DNA of 35,267 bases. It comes from Candidatus Woesearchaeota archaeon. GTDB taxonomy: Archaea; Nanobdellota; Nanobdellia; Pacearchaeales; GW2011-AR1. The notes under the pieces were generated by a model. That model was given only the letters and a program-made list of their open reading frames with translations, was not told the DNA's origin and did no database searches. The translations under genes were made by a program, and so were the position numbers. This document shows, one piece after another, positions 8,283 to 18,571 of the stretch; position 1 is the stretch's first letter; each line of letters opens with the position of its first letter. The stretch is taken from NCBI GenBank assembly GCA_964399015.1, contig CAYNOY010000006.1, positions 1 to 35,267 on the forward strand, read 5' to 3'.

Positions 8283-9815
8283 TTAGAGTTTGTATCTAAT
8301 TTTGTCGTACCATGCCTTAAATGAAACTGGCATTGCTCGATAAGTTGGTTTGAGTATTCTTTCCCTTATTTTATCTGATAGGCTTATGAAGATTAAAGTG
8401 ATTTTTGTTGGTGTTTGATTTTGGAGATTTCTTTTTATTCTTTGAGGTTGGAGAAGAAAATTAATTATGAAGTTTGGTGTGGGTCCAAATCTTTTTTCTG
8501 TTGCTGAACCTCGCATCATGTTTAATATGAGGTTGAGGTACATGTTTTTCTTTTTTAGTTTGATGTGGGCGGCCCTGTCCCAATAATTGAGATTTGCTGC
8601 AGAGTCTTCTTCATTTTTTATTATTCCGTCTTCTTTTGCTTTGTAGTATAATGGGGTGGAGGTGAAGAAAACTAAATTGTTCACTGAGAGAAAATAAGGT
8701 TTGGGTAATTTTTGTAAGAGTCGAATCATGTTGATTACGTCTTCTGGTTTTTCGTAGGGATTTGTGGTTATGACATCGTACATTACGGTTAATTTATTTT
8801 TGTAATTGTTAATAATTTTTCCTGCATTCAGAACCTGGGCATCAGTTTGATTTCTGTGATAAATTTCTTTGTTTACTCTTTCTACTGCTTGGATTCCTAT
8901 TATGATATCTGTGCATCCTGCATCTGTGAGGAGTTTTATTTTTTCGTCTGAAACTGTGTGAGGGTCTGCTAAACATTTGAATCTCATGTTTACTTTGTCT
9001 TTATATAGTTTACAGAATTCTTTTATTTGAGTGATTGGTCTTAATGAAAAAGTATCATCTCTGATGTCAAAGTAAGATAATGTTTTGAATCTTTTTTTGA
9101 GTTTTACTATTTCGTTGATTATGTATTCTGGAGAGTGCCATCTTAGAATTTGTTTTCTTTTTCCTTCATAAAGCTTGTTTAACTGGTCGTTTGAACAGTA
9201 GGCACAACCATAGGGACAACCCCTTCCAGTTAGGAAAAATATTTGTCCATCTAAATCTGATTCTTGGAACGGTGTTATGTGGTTATTGTTTAAGATGTAG
9301 TGATCTTGTATTTCATAGTCTACAGGAGGGAGTTCGTCGAGATTGTCGATTAGGGGTCTTACTGGGTTTTTTGTGAGCTTAGAGTTTTCTTTTATCCAGA
9401 GGTTTAGAATGTTTGTTATAGGTTTGTTCTTTTCTATTGCTTCTGCTAATTCGGTTATTGTTTCTTCTGCTTCCCCTACACAGACGAGGTTGCAGTGATT
9501 GATGCATTGTTCTGGACTGAGGGTTGCATGAATTCCTCCCCAAACTAGGGGAATGTTTAGTTGTTTGAGTTTATTGATTACTTGGATTGCTCTTGGAGCT
9601 GTTGATGCGAAGGAATTTATTCCGATTAGATCTGAGTTTTTTGCTATTGAGAGTATTTGGTTTAGAACTTGTTGAGGATAAGATTTTGTGTAGTCTTCTG
9701 TGAACTTGAGGAAGATTATTTTTACTTGATGTCCTTTTGATTTGAGGATTGAAGAGATTGTTCTGATGCCCTGGTCTGATGGAAATGTGGCTGTGGAGAT
9801 TAGAGTTATTTTCAT
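8283..9815 (-). CDS. B12-binding-domain radical SAM enzyme
   Basis: N-terminal cobalamin-binding-type domain (IGINS, WGGIHAT, CVGEAE), GRGCPYGCAYC (CxxxCxxC), RDDTF. Confidence 0.88.
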   Translation of the reverse strand: MKITLISTATFPSDQGIRTISSILKSKGHQVKIIFLKFTEDYTKSYPQQVLNQILSIAKNSDLIGINSFASTAPRAIQVINKLKQLNIPLVWGGIHATLSPEQCINHCNLVCVGEAEETITELAEAIEKNKPITNILNLWIKENSKLTKNPVRPLIDNLDELPPVDYEIQDHYILNNNHITPFQESDLDGQIFFLTGRGCPYGCAYCSNDQLNKLYEGKRKQILRWHSPEYIINEIVKLKKRFKTLSYFDIRDDTFSLRPITQIKEFCKLYKDKVNMRFKCLADPHTVSDEKIKLLTDAGCTDIIIGIQAVERVNKEIYHRNQTDAQVLNAGKIINNYKNKLTVMYDVITTNPYEKPEDVINMIRLLQKLPKPYFLSVNNLVFFTSTPLYYKAKEDGIIKNEEDSAANLNYWDRAAHIKLKKKNMYLNLILNMMRGSATEKRFGPTPNFIINFLLQPQRIKRNLQNQTPTKITLIFISLSDKIRERILKPTYRAMPVSFKAWYDKIRYKL

Positions 9816-9836
9816 GATTGGGGAAAATGGGGTTAG

Positions 9837-9856
9837 TTTTTAAGTTTTATTGAGGT
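9837..9856 (-). promoter_or_regulatory. BRE/TATA-like promoter of the radical SAM gene
   Basis: The minus strand reads ACCTCAATAAAACTTAAAAA; the CTTAAAAA box starts 29 nt upstream of ATG 9815. Sixteen bp are identical to 25894-25909. Confidence 0.55.
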
Positions 9857-9972
9857 GAGGGCTTTGTGGATATAATAAGGAATTTTATTGAAGTGAATGT
9901 TTATAATTGGCATTGTATTTCTTCTAAATATAGTATTTTATGGGAGTTAAATTTAAAAGGCATCTAGTTTAA

Positions 9973-12852
9973 ATGATACTAGATAAAATGGATGAAATGG
10001 ATAAGTTTGTAAGTCTTGACAACATTAAAAATGTTAACAGGAATGAAGTAAAAAAACAGGAAAATTTAGAAAATAGGGATGCTAGTAAGACTAATCTAAA
10101 TGTTAGGTCTGTTGTTCATCGGATAAAACCTGAAGATGCGTTGATTAGAGAACGAAAAGAAAATGTAATTAATTTTTTTAAGAATAAACAAACCTGGGTT
10201 ATTGGATTGTTAATTGTTGCTTTAATTTTGGGAGTCTATATCCGAAGTATGCCTATGCATGATCATGGGGGAAATCCTGGATTATGGAATGTGGCAACAA
10301 ATGATTGGACATTGGGACCTGATTTGGATCCTTGGTTGTTTTTAAGAATTGCAGAGGACATTGTTAATGAGGGTTCTATTCCTGAAAGAGATGAGCTTAG
10401 AAATGTTCCCCTGGGGTTTGATAATTCCAAAGAAACTCAGGTTCTCCCATATATGATTGCATATACTCATTATTTTTTTAATATTTTTGGAGATTATCCC
10501 ATTGAATTTGCAGGAGCAATCTTTCCAGTAATAATGTTTGGGCTAACTATTATTGCATTCTTTTTATTTGTGAGAGAAATTTTTGTTAGAAAATCTAAGA
10601 AAAGTAAAATTAATGCAAATATTATTTCGTTGCTATCTACTTTTTTTATGATTGTTATCCCGGTTTTTCTATCTAGAACTATTGCAGGGATTCCTGAAAA
10701 AGAATCTGCGGTGTTCTTTTTTATGTTTCTTGCTTTTTATTTATTTTTAAAAGCATGGAATTCGGCATCGATTAGGGGGGGGATTATTTTAAGTATTTTA
10801 GCAGGGATTGCAACTGCAGGGGCAGGATTAGTTTCTGGACTTTTTATCTATGTTTATATCTGCATTGCTTTTTCGGGGTTTTTAGCATTTATATTAAACA
10901 AATTTAAGAAAAAAGAAATCATTGTTTATTTTTGTTGGTGGATTATGGCGGCCATATTATTATCAACAATTCCAGGTAAGGTAAACTGGTATTCTTTAAT
11001 TTCTTCATTAACTCTGATTCCTGCATTTATTTTGTTGGGGGTTTTAATTTTTCATAACATTTTATGGAACACAAAACTTTCAGAAAATAGTTATATTAAA
11101 AAAATCAGGCTTCCTAAAACAATTATCTCATTAATTATTGCACTACTAATAATGTTCTTAATTGTTATTATTTTTAATCCTTCACTGTTAATTGAAAAAA
11201 TTAAAGTAGTCCAGCAAATTTTATTCAAACCAATAACTGGACGATGGAATACTACTGTTGCGGAAAATAGGCAACCCTATTTTAGTGAATGGGCGGGTAA
11301 TTTTGGACCGTTTGTTAAGGAGGTTCCCTTATTTTTTTGGTTGTTTTTTGCAGGATCTGTTGTCTTGTTTAAAAAAATGATTAATCCGATAAAAAATAAG
11401 GATGCATTAGTTTTGACAGGACTTTATATTTTTGCATTTATCGGGCTAGTATTTTCAAGATATTCTAGCTCAAGTTTATTTAATGGAGAAAATATTCTTA
11501 GTAAACTATTTTATTTTGGAACTTTATTCTTGTTTTTTGTAGGTTTTATCTACTATTATATCAAATATGATAATGCCGGTAATGAAAATTTTGAAAAAAT
11601 AAATTTTGGATACATCTTGTTATTTATGTTGTTTGGATTCACATTATTTTCTGCAAGAAGTGCGGTCAGGTTAATTATGATTCTTGGACCCATTTCCACA
11701 ATTTTTGTTTCCTACCTTATTGTTGAGTCTATAAATAGATTTAGGAAAACTCGGGATGAGACATTAAAAATCTTAATTGGGGCATTGGTGATTTTAATTT
11801 TAGTGTGCAGTATTTTTAGTTTTTGGACATTTTATAATACTGTGAAAGTTCAGGCATATAATTTTGTTCCATCCCATTATAATCAGCAATGGCAAAATTC
11901 TATGAGGTGGGTGGATGATGAAACTCCTCAGGATGCAGTTTTTGCTCATTGGTGGGATTATGGTTATTGGCTTCAGAGTATTGGGAATCGTGCAACGGTC
12001 TTAGATGGAGGAAATGCAATTACTTATTGGAATTATTTGATGGGAAGGCATGTTTTAACTGGTGACAATCAAGAAGATGCTCTTGAATTTTTATACAATC
12101 ATGATGCAGATTATTTGTTGATAGATTCTAGCGATATTGGTAAGTATGGTGCTTTTTCAAGTATCGGGAGTGATGAAAATTATGATAGGTATTCTTGGAT
12201 TGGAACGTTTTTACTTGATGAATCTCAAACTCAAGAAACTCAAAATCAAACTTTGTTGGTTTATCCTGGAGGAATTGGGTTGGATGAAGATTTGATAATT
12301 GAAGAAGATGGGAAAGAGATTTTGCTTCCAGGTCAAAATGCAGGTGTTGGAGCAATAATTATTCCATCTAAACAAGATAATGAGGTCATGGAATTTATGC
12401 AACCTTATGCCTTAATTGTATACCAGGGGCAACAACATAAAGTTAATTTGAAATATTTAGAGGTTGGAGGCCAATTTGTTGAATTTGATACTGGAATTGA
12501 GGCTTGTGCATTTGTCTTCCCTAAGCTTGATGTGAGCGGACAAGGAGTATCTCAAAATCCAATCGGTGCTGCGATGTATCTTTCTCCAAGATTGCTTAGG
12601 GGATATTTGGTCCAGAAATACATCTTAGATGATCCTTTTAATAATTTTCCTAATTTTAAATTAGCGCATACTCAATCTAATTTAATTTTAGAGAATTTAA
12701 GAAATCAGGGAATGGACCTTCCAGATTTTGTTTATTATCAGGGCCTGCAGGGACCCATAAAGATTTGGGAGATTGAATATACAGGTAATGAAAAAGAAAG
12801 AGAAGACTATCTAGATAAAGATGCTACAAAATATTTGAGTTGGAATTTATGA
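9973..12852 (+). CDS. aglB: Archaeal oligosaccharyltransferase AglB (STT3 family)
   Basis: Many TM helices, DxDPW loop, TVAE, WWDYG, DGGN and DK-type DSSDIGK motifs. The true start may be ATG 9988 or 9997; TTTAAATG lies 29 nt before 9997. Confidence 0.95.
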   Translation: MILDKMDEMDKFVSLDNIKNVNRNEVKKQENLENRDASKTNLNVRSVVHRIKPEDALIRERKENVINFFKNKQTWVIGLLIVALILGVYIRSMPMHDHGGNPGLWNVATNDWTLGPDLDPWLFLRIAEDIVNEGSIPERDELRNVPLGFDNSKETQVLPYMIAYTHYFFNIFGDYPIEFAGAIFPVIMFGLTIIAFFLFVREIFVRKSKKSKINANIISLLSTFFMIVIPVFLSRTIAGIPEKESAVFFFMFLAFYLFLKAWNSASIRGGIILSILAGIATAGAGLVSGLFIYVYICIAFSGFLAFILNKFKKKEIIVYFCWWIMAAILLSTIPGKVNWYSLISSLTLIPAFILLGVLIFHNILWNTKLSENSYIKKIRLPKTIISLIIALLIMFLIVIIFNPSLLIEKIKVVQQILFKPITGRWNTTVAENRQPYFSEWAGNFGPFVKEVPLFFWLFFAGSVVLFKKMINPIKNKDALVLTGLYIFAFIGLVFSRYSSSSLFNGENILSKLFYFGTLFLFFVGFIYYYIKYDNAGNENFEKINFGYILLFMLFGFTLFSARSAVRLIMILGPISTIFVSYLIVESINRFRKTRDETLKILIGALVILILVCSIFSFWTFYNTVKVQAYNFVPSHYNQQWQNSMRWVDDETPQDAVFAHWWDYGYWLQSIGNRATVLDGGNAITYWNYLMGRHVLTGDNQEDALEFLYNHDADYLLIDSSDIGKYGAFSSIGSDENYDRYSWIGTFLLDESQTQETQNQTLLVYPGGIGLDEDLIIEEDGKEILLPGQNAGVGAIIIPSKQDNEVMEFMQPYALIVYQGQQHKVNLKYLEVGGQFVEFDTGIEACAFVFPKLDVSGQGVSQNPIGAAMYLSPRLLRGYLVQKYILDDPFNNFPNFKLAHTQSNLILENLRNQGMDLPDFVYYQGLQGPIKIWEIEYTGNEKEREDYLDKDATKYLSWNL

Positions 12853-12897
12853 TTTATGTTTGTTAAAGTTTAAAAAGATTAAAAAATCGGATAGATT

Positions 12898-13911
12898 ATG
12901 GAAATATTGTTATTTTGTTCTGTTGTGGTAAGTTTTTTGTTTACCCTATTTATGCTCCCTAAATGGATAAAAAAGTGTGGTCAGGTTGATTTATTGTGGG
13001 AAGATATGAATAAATTTAATCGTCCAAGAAATGTCGCTTCTTCGGGAGGAATTGTAGTTGTCTTGGCATTTATTATAGGGGTTTTAAGTTATATTGCTAT
13101 TAGAACTTTTATTCTTCAGGTGGATGGCATTACTACAAATGTTTTTGCATTACTGGGAGTTATTTTAATTTTGGCTATTGTGGGGTTAGTAGATGATTTG
13201 TTAGGTTGGAAACATGGAGGATTATCCATGAGGTTTAGATTATTTCTTATTATAATGTCCTCTATCCCCCTGGTTGTAATCAATGCAGGGAATCCAGTCT
13301 TAAATATCCCATTTCTAGGATATGTAAATGTGGGCTTGCTGTATCCACTGGTTTTAATCCCAATAGGCATTACTGGAGCAACTGCAACGTATAATTTCTT
13401 AGCAGGATTTAATGGTTTAGAGGCAGGACAAGGAATTATAATAATTGGTTTTTTATCATTTATTGCATATATAACTGGTTCTCCTTGGTTAACTGTCATT
13501 GGTTTGTGTATGGTTGCATCGTTACTGGTTTTTTATTTTTATAATAAATATCCTGCAAAGGTTTTTCCAGGAGATATCTTGACTTATGCAATAGGCTCTT
13601 TGATTGTCAGCATGTCTATTTTAGGTGATTTTGAGAGGGTGGCTTTGTTTATTTTTACGCCCTACATAATAGAAACTTTTTTGAAATTGAGGGGTCGACT
13701 AAAAAAACATTCTTTTGCTAGGGTAAATTCTGATGGAAGTTTAGAAATGCCATATAACAAAATATATAGTTTAACTCATTTATCTCTTTTTATTCTTAAA
13801 AAATTTAAAAATAAAGTTTATGAAAAAGATGTTGTTTATTTAATATTTATATTTCAAATAATTGTTTGTTTAATTGGATTGTTAATTGCAAATAGGTGGA
13901 TGTTCCTATGA
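12898..13911 (+). CDS. aglH: UDP-GlcNAc:dolichol-phosphate GlcNAc-1-phosphate transferase (AglH/Alg7/GPT; MraY/WecA superfamily)
   Basis: EDMNK, GLVDD, YNFLAGFNGLEAG and NKYPAKVFPGD motifs; polytopic; directly downstream of aglB; TATA-like box at 12869. Confidence 0.85.
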   Translation: MEILLFCSVVVSFLFTLFMLPKWIKKCGQVDLLWEDMNKFNRPRNVASSGGIVVVLAFIIGVLSYIAIRTFILQVDGITTNVFALLGVILILAIVGLVDDLLGWKHGGLSMRFRLFLIIMSSIPLVVINAGNPVLNIPFLGYVNVGLLYPLVLIPIGITGATATYNFLAGFNGLEAGQGIIIIGFLSFIAYITGSPWLTVIGLCMVASLLVFYFYNKYPAKVFPGDILTYAIGSLIVSMSILGDFERVALFIFTPYIIETFLKLRGRLKKHSFARVNSDGSLEMPYNKIYSLTHLSLFILKKFKNKVYEKDVVYLIFIFQIIVCLIGLLIANRWMFL

Positions 13912-14351
13912 GCTCTTTAATGGAAATAAGAAGATTTGTAACTTTTTGTTTTGTTGGTGGAACTAGTGCCTTGATTCATTTGATTATTTTTAATATCTTT
14001 TTTTATTTGTTAGCATTTGAAATGTTGATTGGAGGAATTAGTTTAAATTTTATTTTATCTACAATAATCGCCATATTTATTTCTGTAATATATAATTTTA
14101 CAATGAATAAGAATATAACTTTTTCTGCCAAATCTGGAAAGGCGCATAGACAGTTTGTAAAATTTCTAATCCTCTATAGTGGGTCTATTTTTATTGGTTC
14201 TGTTGTTAATTTTACAATAATATCGTTAGTTGAAGAGACTATTCTTACGGCAAATATTGCTACTATCGCGGGCACGTTGGCTAGTATTCCAATTAGTTTT
14301 TTTGGTTCTAAGTTTTGGGTTTTTAGAAAAGAGATGATTCTATTGCGTTGA
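13908..14351 (+). CDS. GtrA-family small flippase-like membrane protein
   Basis: RFVTFCFVGG, YNFTMNKNITF, QFVKF and SFFGSKFWVF with four hydrophobic segments. Start set at ATG 13908 (ATGA overlap; SD-like AGGTGG at 13894-13899). Confidence 0.85.
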   Translation: MSSLMEIRRFVTFCFVGGTSALIHLIIFNIFFYLLAFEMLIGGISLNFILSTIIAIFISVIYNFTMNKNITFSAKSGKAHRQFVKFLILYSGSIFIGSVVNFTIISLVEETILTANIATIAGTLASIPISFFGSKFWVFRKEMILLR

Positions 14352-14532
14352 TAGCTTTATCCTCATAAAACTCTTCTGGAATCTTATATATGATTATCAT
14401 CGGTTGTGTTTTCTGAGAGTCTGCAAAATAAACCTGCATTATTGTAAAATTATTTTCTGTTGGATAGGAATAGGTTTCGGGAGGAGTTCTTTCAAAAGAA
14501 GATAACACATAATAACTGAGTTTATTTTTTAG
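14323..14532 (-). pseudogene. 3' remnant of a GT-C (ArnT/PMT-like) glycosyltransferase paralogous to 14671..16209
   Basis: YYVLSSFERTPPETYSYPTENNFTIMQVYFADSQKTQPMIIIYKI aligns by eye to YLMVSAYENQPAWTNSYVERNNLDVAKAFFRGEQPIVIIYHL. In-frame TAA at 14535-14533 and no N-terminal portion. Confidence 0.75.
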
Positions 14533-14684
14533 TTAGTTTTAGTATTATTAAGGCCCTTGAAGAAACTACTTTTAATGCAAATATTGCTACTTTTTCTGGA
14601 ATTCTTATAAGTATTCCTTTTAGTTATTTTGGTTCGTTATTGTGGGCATTTAAAAAGGGTTCTGAAAAAATTATTGTGTCATAG
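14529..14684 (+). pseudogene. 3' remnant of a second GtrA-family gene (not in ORF track)
   Basis: LVSFSIIKALEETTFNANIATFSGILISIPFSYFGSLLWAFKK aligns to VVNFTIISLVEETILTANIATIAGTLASIPISFFGSKFWVFRK of the intact GtrA. In-frame TGA at 14517-14519, no ATG, stop TAG at 14682-14684. Confidence 0.8.
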
Positions 14685-16209
14685 AGTCATTAATAGAAAT
14701 TGATTGATTTTTTAAATGATATATTATAACTATTGGTTGTTCTCCCCTAAAAAATGCCTTAGCAACATCTAAATTATTTCTTTCTACATATGAATTGGTC
14801 CAAGCGGGTTGATTTTCATAAGCAGAAACCATGAGGTATTTAATCTTTGGATTATTTTGTAATAGATCTTCAAATTCTTGTTCTGTCTGGGGATAACTAA
14901 CTGATTCCTTCTTGCTATAAAAAAGTACCTGGATTACACTTTTTGTCACTAGGAGGTCTGAGGGGGGCGTATTGTCCCTATACCAATATCCTGCATCCCT
15001 TATTTCGGAATAAGAATCTACTTTTACTCTTATTAAAGAGTCTGTTGAGCTAAGTTGAAAAAATCCAATGTAAGCTAATAATGCTATTAAAATTAATACT
15101 GCAAAAAATTTATTTTGTTTTTTAGTAATTCTAAATAATCTATAGATAAATGCGCTGGAAATAATAAAAACTGCAGGCATTGCATTAATGATATATCTGT
15201 TTTCATTGTGACCTATTAAAGTACTTGCAAGAACGATCGGAATAATAAATATTAGGAATAAGAATAAGAGTTTTTTGAGTTGTTTGTCACCCTTTTTGAT
15301 AAGAATATCAAACCCCAAGATCAATGGATACATCATAAGTAATCCTAGAATAAAAATAAGGAGTAGCGTCCATGAGAGATATGTTGGAAATAGATCAAAA
15401 TAACCTGAGGTTCCCTGATAAAATCTTTGAAAATTAGTCATTCCGGCACTTGTAGGGCCTACTTGTGCGGATCCTTGTGCTAAGACAAATCCTCCAAATT
15501 CAATATATCCAAAAATGAGGTAGGGAGAAATAACTAAAAAAAAGATAATTCCGGATATCCAGAGTTCTTTTCTTTTTAAAAAATTAAATTTTTCAGTTAT
15601 TAGGAGATAAATTAAGACTGCCATTAAGAAGAACCCTGTAGATTGTTTAAATGCCGTTCCAATGGAAATTAAGACTGCCCCAATATAAAGCGCTTTGTGA
15701 GAACCGTACTTAAAATACCTATAAAAATAGAGTGCTGAAAAAATAAAAAAAGTTAGAGAAGGCATATCTACTAAAAGTCTTGAAGTGAAAAACATATTTA
15801 AATAAAAAACTGCCATAAGATACGCGGCAATCAAGCCTATTTTTTTATGATATAATTCTTTTCCTAAAAGATATACTCCTATTACTGAGGATATGGAGAA
15901 AATTAAAAGGAGGAATCTTGGGAAGAATAATGAGGGAGATAACCTAAAGAATAATGAAGTTACAAATGAGAGTAGAACTGGCCTCACAGGGGTGAATTCA
16001 TACTCGAGGCCAAATGCAAATCTGTTTGCAATATTCATATATTCTGCTTCATCCCACCATAGGGGTTGATTATAGGTAAGGGCAAAATAATAAATCCTTA
16101 TCGCTATTGCTAAAATTAAAATTAAAATGAAGGTTGCATTGTACGGGTTTCTTACCCATTTAATTATCTTATTTTTTCTATCTTCTAAACTTTGTTCAGA
16201 GGTTTCCAT
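14671..16209 (-). CDS. GT-C superfamily membrane glycosyltransferase (ArnT/PMT_2-like, lipid-phosphate-sugar donor)
   Basis: LWWDEAEY in the first external loop, RP motif, many TM helices, ENRY, small soluble C-terminal domain. Confidence 0.85.
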   Translation of the reverse strand: METSEQSLEDRKNKIIKWVRNPYNATFILILILAIAIRIYYFALTYNQPLWWDEAEYMNIANRFAFGLEYEFTPVRPVLLSFVTSLFFRLSPSLFFPRFLLLIFSISSVIGVYLLGKELYHKKIGLIAAYLMAVFYLNMFFTSRLLVDMPSLTFFIFSALYFYRYFKYGSHKALYIGAVLISIGTAFKQSTGFFLMAVLIYLLITEKFNFLKRKELWISGIIFFLVISPYLIFGYIEFGGFVLAQGSAQVGPTSAGMTNFQRFYQGTSGYFDLFPTYLSWTLLLIFILGLLMMYPLILGFDILIKKGDKQLKKLLFLFLIFIIPIVLASTLIGHNENRYIINAMPAVFIISSAFIYRLFRITKKQNKFFAVLILIALLAYIGFFQLSSTDSLIRVKVDSYSEIRDAGYWYRDNTPPSDLLVTKSVIQVLFYSKKESVSYPQTEQEFEDLLQNNPKIKYLMVSAYENQPAWTNSYVERNNLDVAKAFFRGEQPIVIIYHLKNQSISINDSMTQ

Positions 16210-17386
16210 TGTTAGTCGTATCCTTAAGTATTTTTATAGCTTGTTGTTTAAGGAGTCTTTTATACTCTCTATCTAAAACCTTGGCAGTATTTTTCCATTT
16301 GAAATTTTTTGATTTTTCTTTTCCTTGTTTTTGGAATTTTGTTCTTAGTTCTTTGTTGTTGATTAATTTTTCAAGTTGATTTTTAAAATCTTCAAGGTCA
16401 TAGTCCTTGAATGTTAATCCATTATTTCCAACAACCCAGGGCATTCCTCCTGCATTGCTAGTAAGAACTGCGCATCCTTGGGACATTGCCTCCAATATTG
16501 AGATGCAAAAAGCTTCGTAGTGACTTGGAGAACAGAAAATATCTGACCCTGCGTATGCTTCTAGTTTTTCTTTTTCTGTTACCTCTCCCGTGATGATAAT
16601 GTTTTTGAGGTTTAATTTTTGGATTAGTTGTTCTAGTTCAGGTTTAAACCCTCCATCTTTTCCCATTATGATGAATTTTGTTTTTGGAAAATGTTTTGCA
16701 GTTTTAACTATTTGGTCTATTCCCTTACTGGGATGTAATCTGGATACGGTTAATATTACTAATTCGTCTTTTTTTAAGTCATATTTTTTTCTGAAATTTT
16801 TTCCATCATAATTTTGGAAATAATATTCAGGTATGCAATTGGGGGTTAAGATTATGTCTTTCTTTTTTTTGTTGAATGATTCTACCCAAGGGGTTTCAAG
16901 GTCGGTTACAACACAAACTTTTGAAAAATGTTTAAACATGTATTTTCCTAAAAATTTGTCTGTAAGGTCGACTAAAAATTGTGCCCATTTTGCCCTTTGT
17001 CCTTTGTATACTGGCCAGTGAGGGGTTATGAATATCGGTTTTTTTGTGAACCAAAAAATGAAATTAAATGGGTGTCTGTAACCATGAATATGGAAAATGT
17101 CTGCATTAGATATTGTTATCGCCTTAAAGAGTCCTGGAAAAATTATTCCTGAGAAGCTAAATTTTAACCAACTTCTGAAACGTTTTATTTTTATGTTGTC
17201 TATTTTTTGAGGTGCTTTTTTGATTCTTTTATCTCGGTCCATATCAGATACATAAGCTTCGCAGTCATATCCTAGTTTGATAAGTTCTTTAGCAGTATTT
17301 TGAATATGAGTTTCAACCCCTCCTACTGTAGGGTAAAAAAAAGAGGTTACGAAGCATATTTTGGGTTTTTTAGTTAAATCTTGCAT
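16196..17386 (-). CDS. Family 4 (GT-B) glycosyltransferase
   Basis: FYPTVGGVE, SRLHPSKG, PSHYEAFCISILEAMSQG (ExxxxxxxE). Confidence 0.92.
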   Translation of the reverse strand: MQDLTKKPKICFVTSFFYPTVGGVETHIQNTAKELIKLGYDCEAYVSDMDRDKRIKKAPQKIDNIKIKRFRSWLKFSFSGIIFPGLFKAITISNADIFHIHGYRHPFNFIFWFTKKPIFITPHWPVYKGQRAKWAQFLVDLTDKFLGKYMFKHFSKVCVVTDLETPWVESFNKKKKDIILTPNCIPEYYFQNYDGKNFRKKYDLKKDELVILTVSRLHPSKGIDQIVKTAKHFPKTKFIIMGKDGGFKPELEQLIQKLNLKNIIITGEVTEKEKLEAYAGSDIFCSPSHYEAFCISILEAMSQGCAVLTSNAGGMPWVVGNNGLTFKDYDLEDFKNQLEKLINNKELRTKFQKQGKEKSKNFKWKNTAKVLDREYKRLLKQQAIKILKDTTNNGNL

Positions 17387-17491
17387 TTTAAGTTTTAATT
17401 TGAGATGTTTAAAAGTATTTATGTAGTAAACCTAAAGATTCATATTCATTAATGCACATAAATTTATAAGCTAATATTCAATTTTTACTTT

Positions 17492-18517
17492 ATGAACTTA
17501 AGGTATATTTTAAAGGAAGCAAGATATTATCGTAAAATTACTGGCATTTCTAGACCTTTAAAAAAATTTCTTTTAACTCAGACAAAGTTATCTGAGTTTG
17601 TTAATGGTCCTTGGTACCAAAAAATGTATCAAAAAATAATTAATAAAAAATCTAAAGAATTTGAGCCAAAACTCCTTCAAATAGAAAATACAAATTTATG
17701 TAATGCGCGATGCATCATGTGTCCCCATGTTAGTATGAAACGAGAAAAGAAGGTTATGGGTCAAAAGGATTTTGAGAAAATTTTTGATAATGTTCTTAGA
17801 AGTTATAAAATAGAAAGATTTACTGTAAATGGATTTGGAGAACCCTTGATAGATAAGGGATTATTTAATAAAATAAATTATGTTAATAAAAAATATCCTC
17901 AGATTAAAATAGATATATACACAAATGCCTCTCTTTTGACTCCTGAAAAAACGGAGGCATTGTTAAAATCTAATATAGATAGGATTACCTTTTCGGTGAA
18001 TGGGACTCGAAAAAACTATTCTAAGGTAATGGGTTTAGATTATGATAAGACTATTCAGAATATTAGGTATTTTTTAAATAAAAATTTGAAGAAAAATAAA
18101 AAGGTTTTGACGAATATTTCTTTGATGATTTTAGATGAAAATAAGGAGGAAATTAATAAGTTTATGAATTTTTGGAATGCTTATGCAGATTCTGTAAGGG
18201 TTTATGTTCCTAATGATTGGGCTGGGGGGGTAGAGAATATAATTGACATTTCTCCGTTTAAAATAAACAAACGGTGGCCTTGTTTTGCATTATGGAGAAA
18301 TATTACTGTAGATGTCGATGGTAATTTTGTAATGTGTTGTAGGGATTATGAGTCGAAAGTTAAGTTTGGTAATTTATTGGATGAAGATATTAGAGAAATA
18401 AGAGAATCTAAGAAATTTAAAGCCTTGTTGGATAATCAATTGAATTTTAATTTTAAAACTCCGGTTTGTTCTAGTTGTGATAATATTTTAGAGTCTAGTT
18501 TGGATTGGTTTTGTTAA
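17492..18517 (+). CDS. Radical SAM protein with SPASM/twitch domain (BtrN-like layout)
   Basis: CNARCIMC, GFGEP, YTNA; C-terminal WPC...DGNFVMCCRD...FGN...CSSC; TATA-like TTTATAAG 29 nt upstream. Confidence 0.88.
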   Translation: MNLRYILKEARYYRKITGISRPLKKFLLTQTKLSEFVNGPWYQKMYQKIINKKSKEFEPKLLQIENTNLCNARCIMCPHVSMKREKKVMGQKDFEKIFDNVLRSYKIERFTVNGFGEPLIDKGLFNKINYVNKKYPQIKIDIYTNASLLTPEKTEALLKSNIDRITFSVNGTRKNYSKVMGLDYDKTIQNIRYFLNKNLKKNKKVLTNISLMILDENKEEINKFMNFWNAYADSVRVYVPNDWAGGVENIIDISPFKINKRWPCFALWRNITVDVDGNFVMCCRDYESKVKFGNLLDEDIREIRESKKFKALLDNQLNFNFKTPVCSSCDNILESSLDWFC

Positions 18518-18571
18518 AGGTTGTAGATTATTATCTGAATCGCCCGAGCTAGTGAATTGCTAGAATTCATT

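Noticed and set aside
14323-14508. 61-aa ORF as an independent small gene
   Set aside because: It aligns to the C-terminus of the neighbouring GT-C protein and the similarity extends upstream of its GTG, so it is better explained as a remnant.
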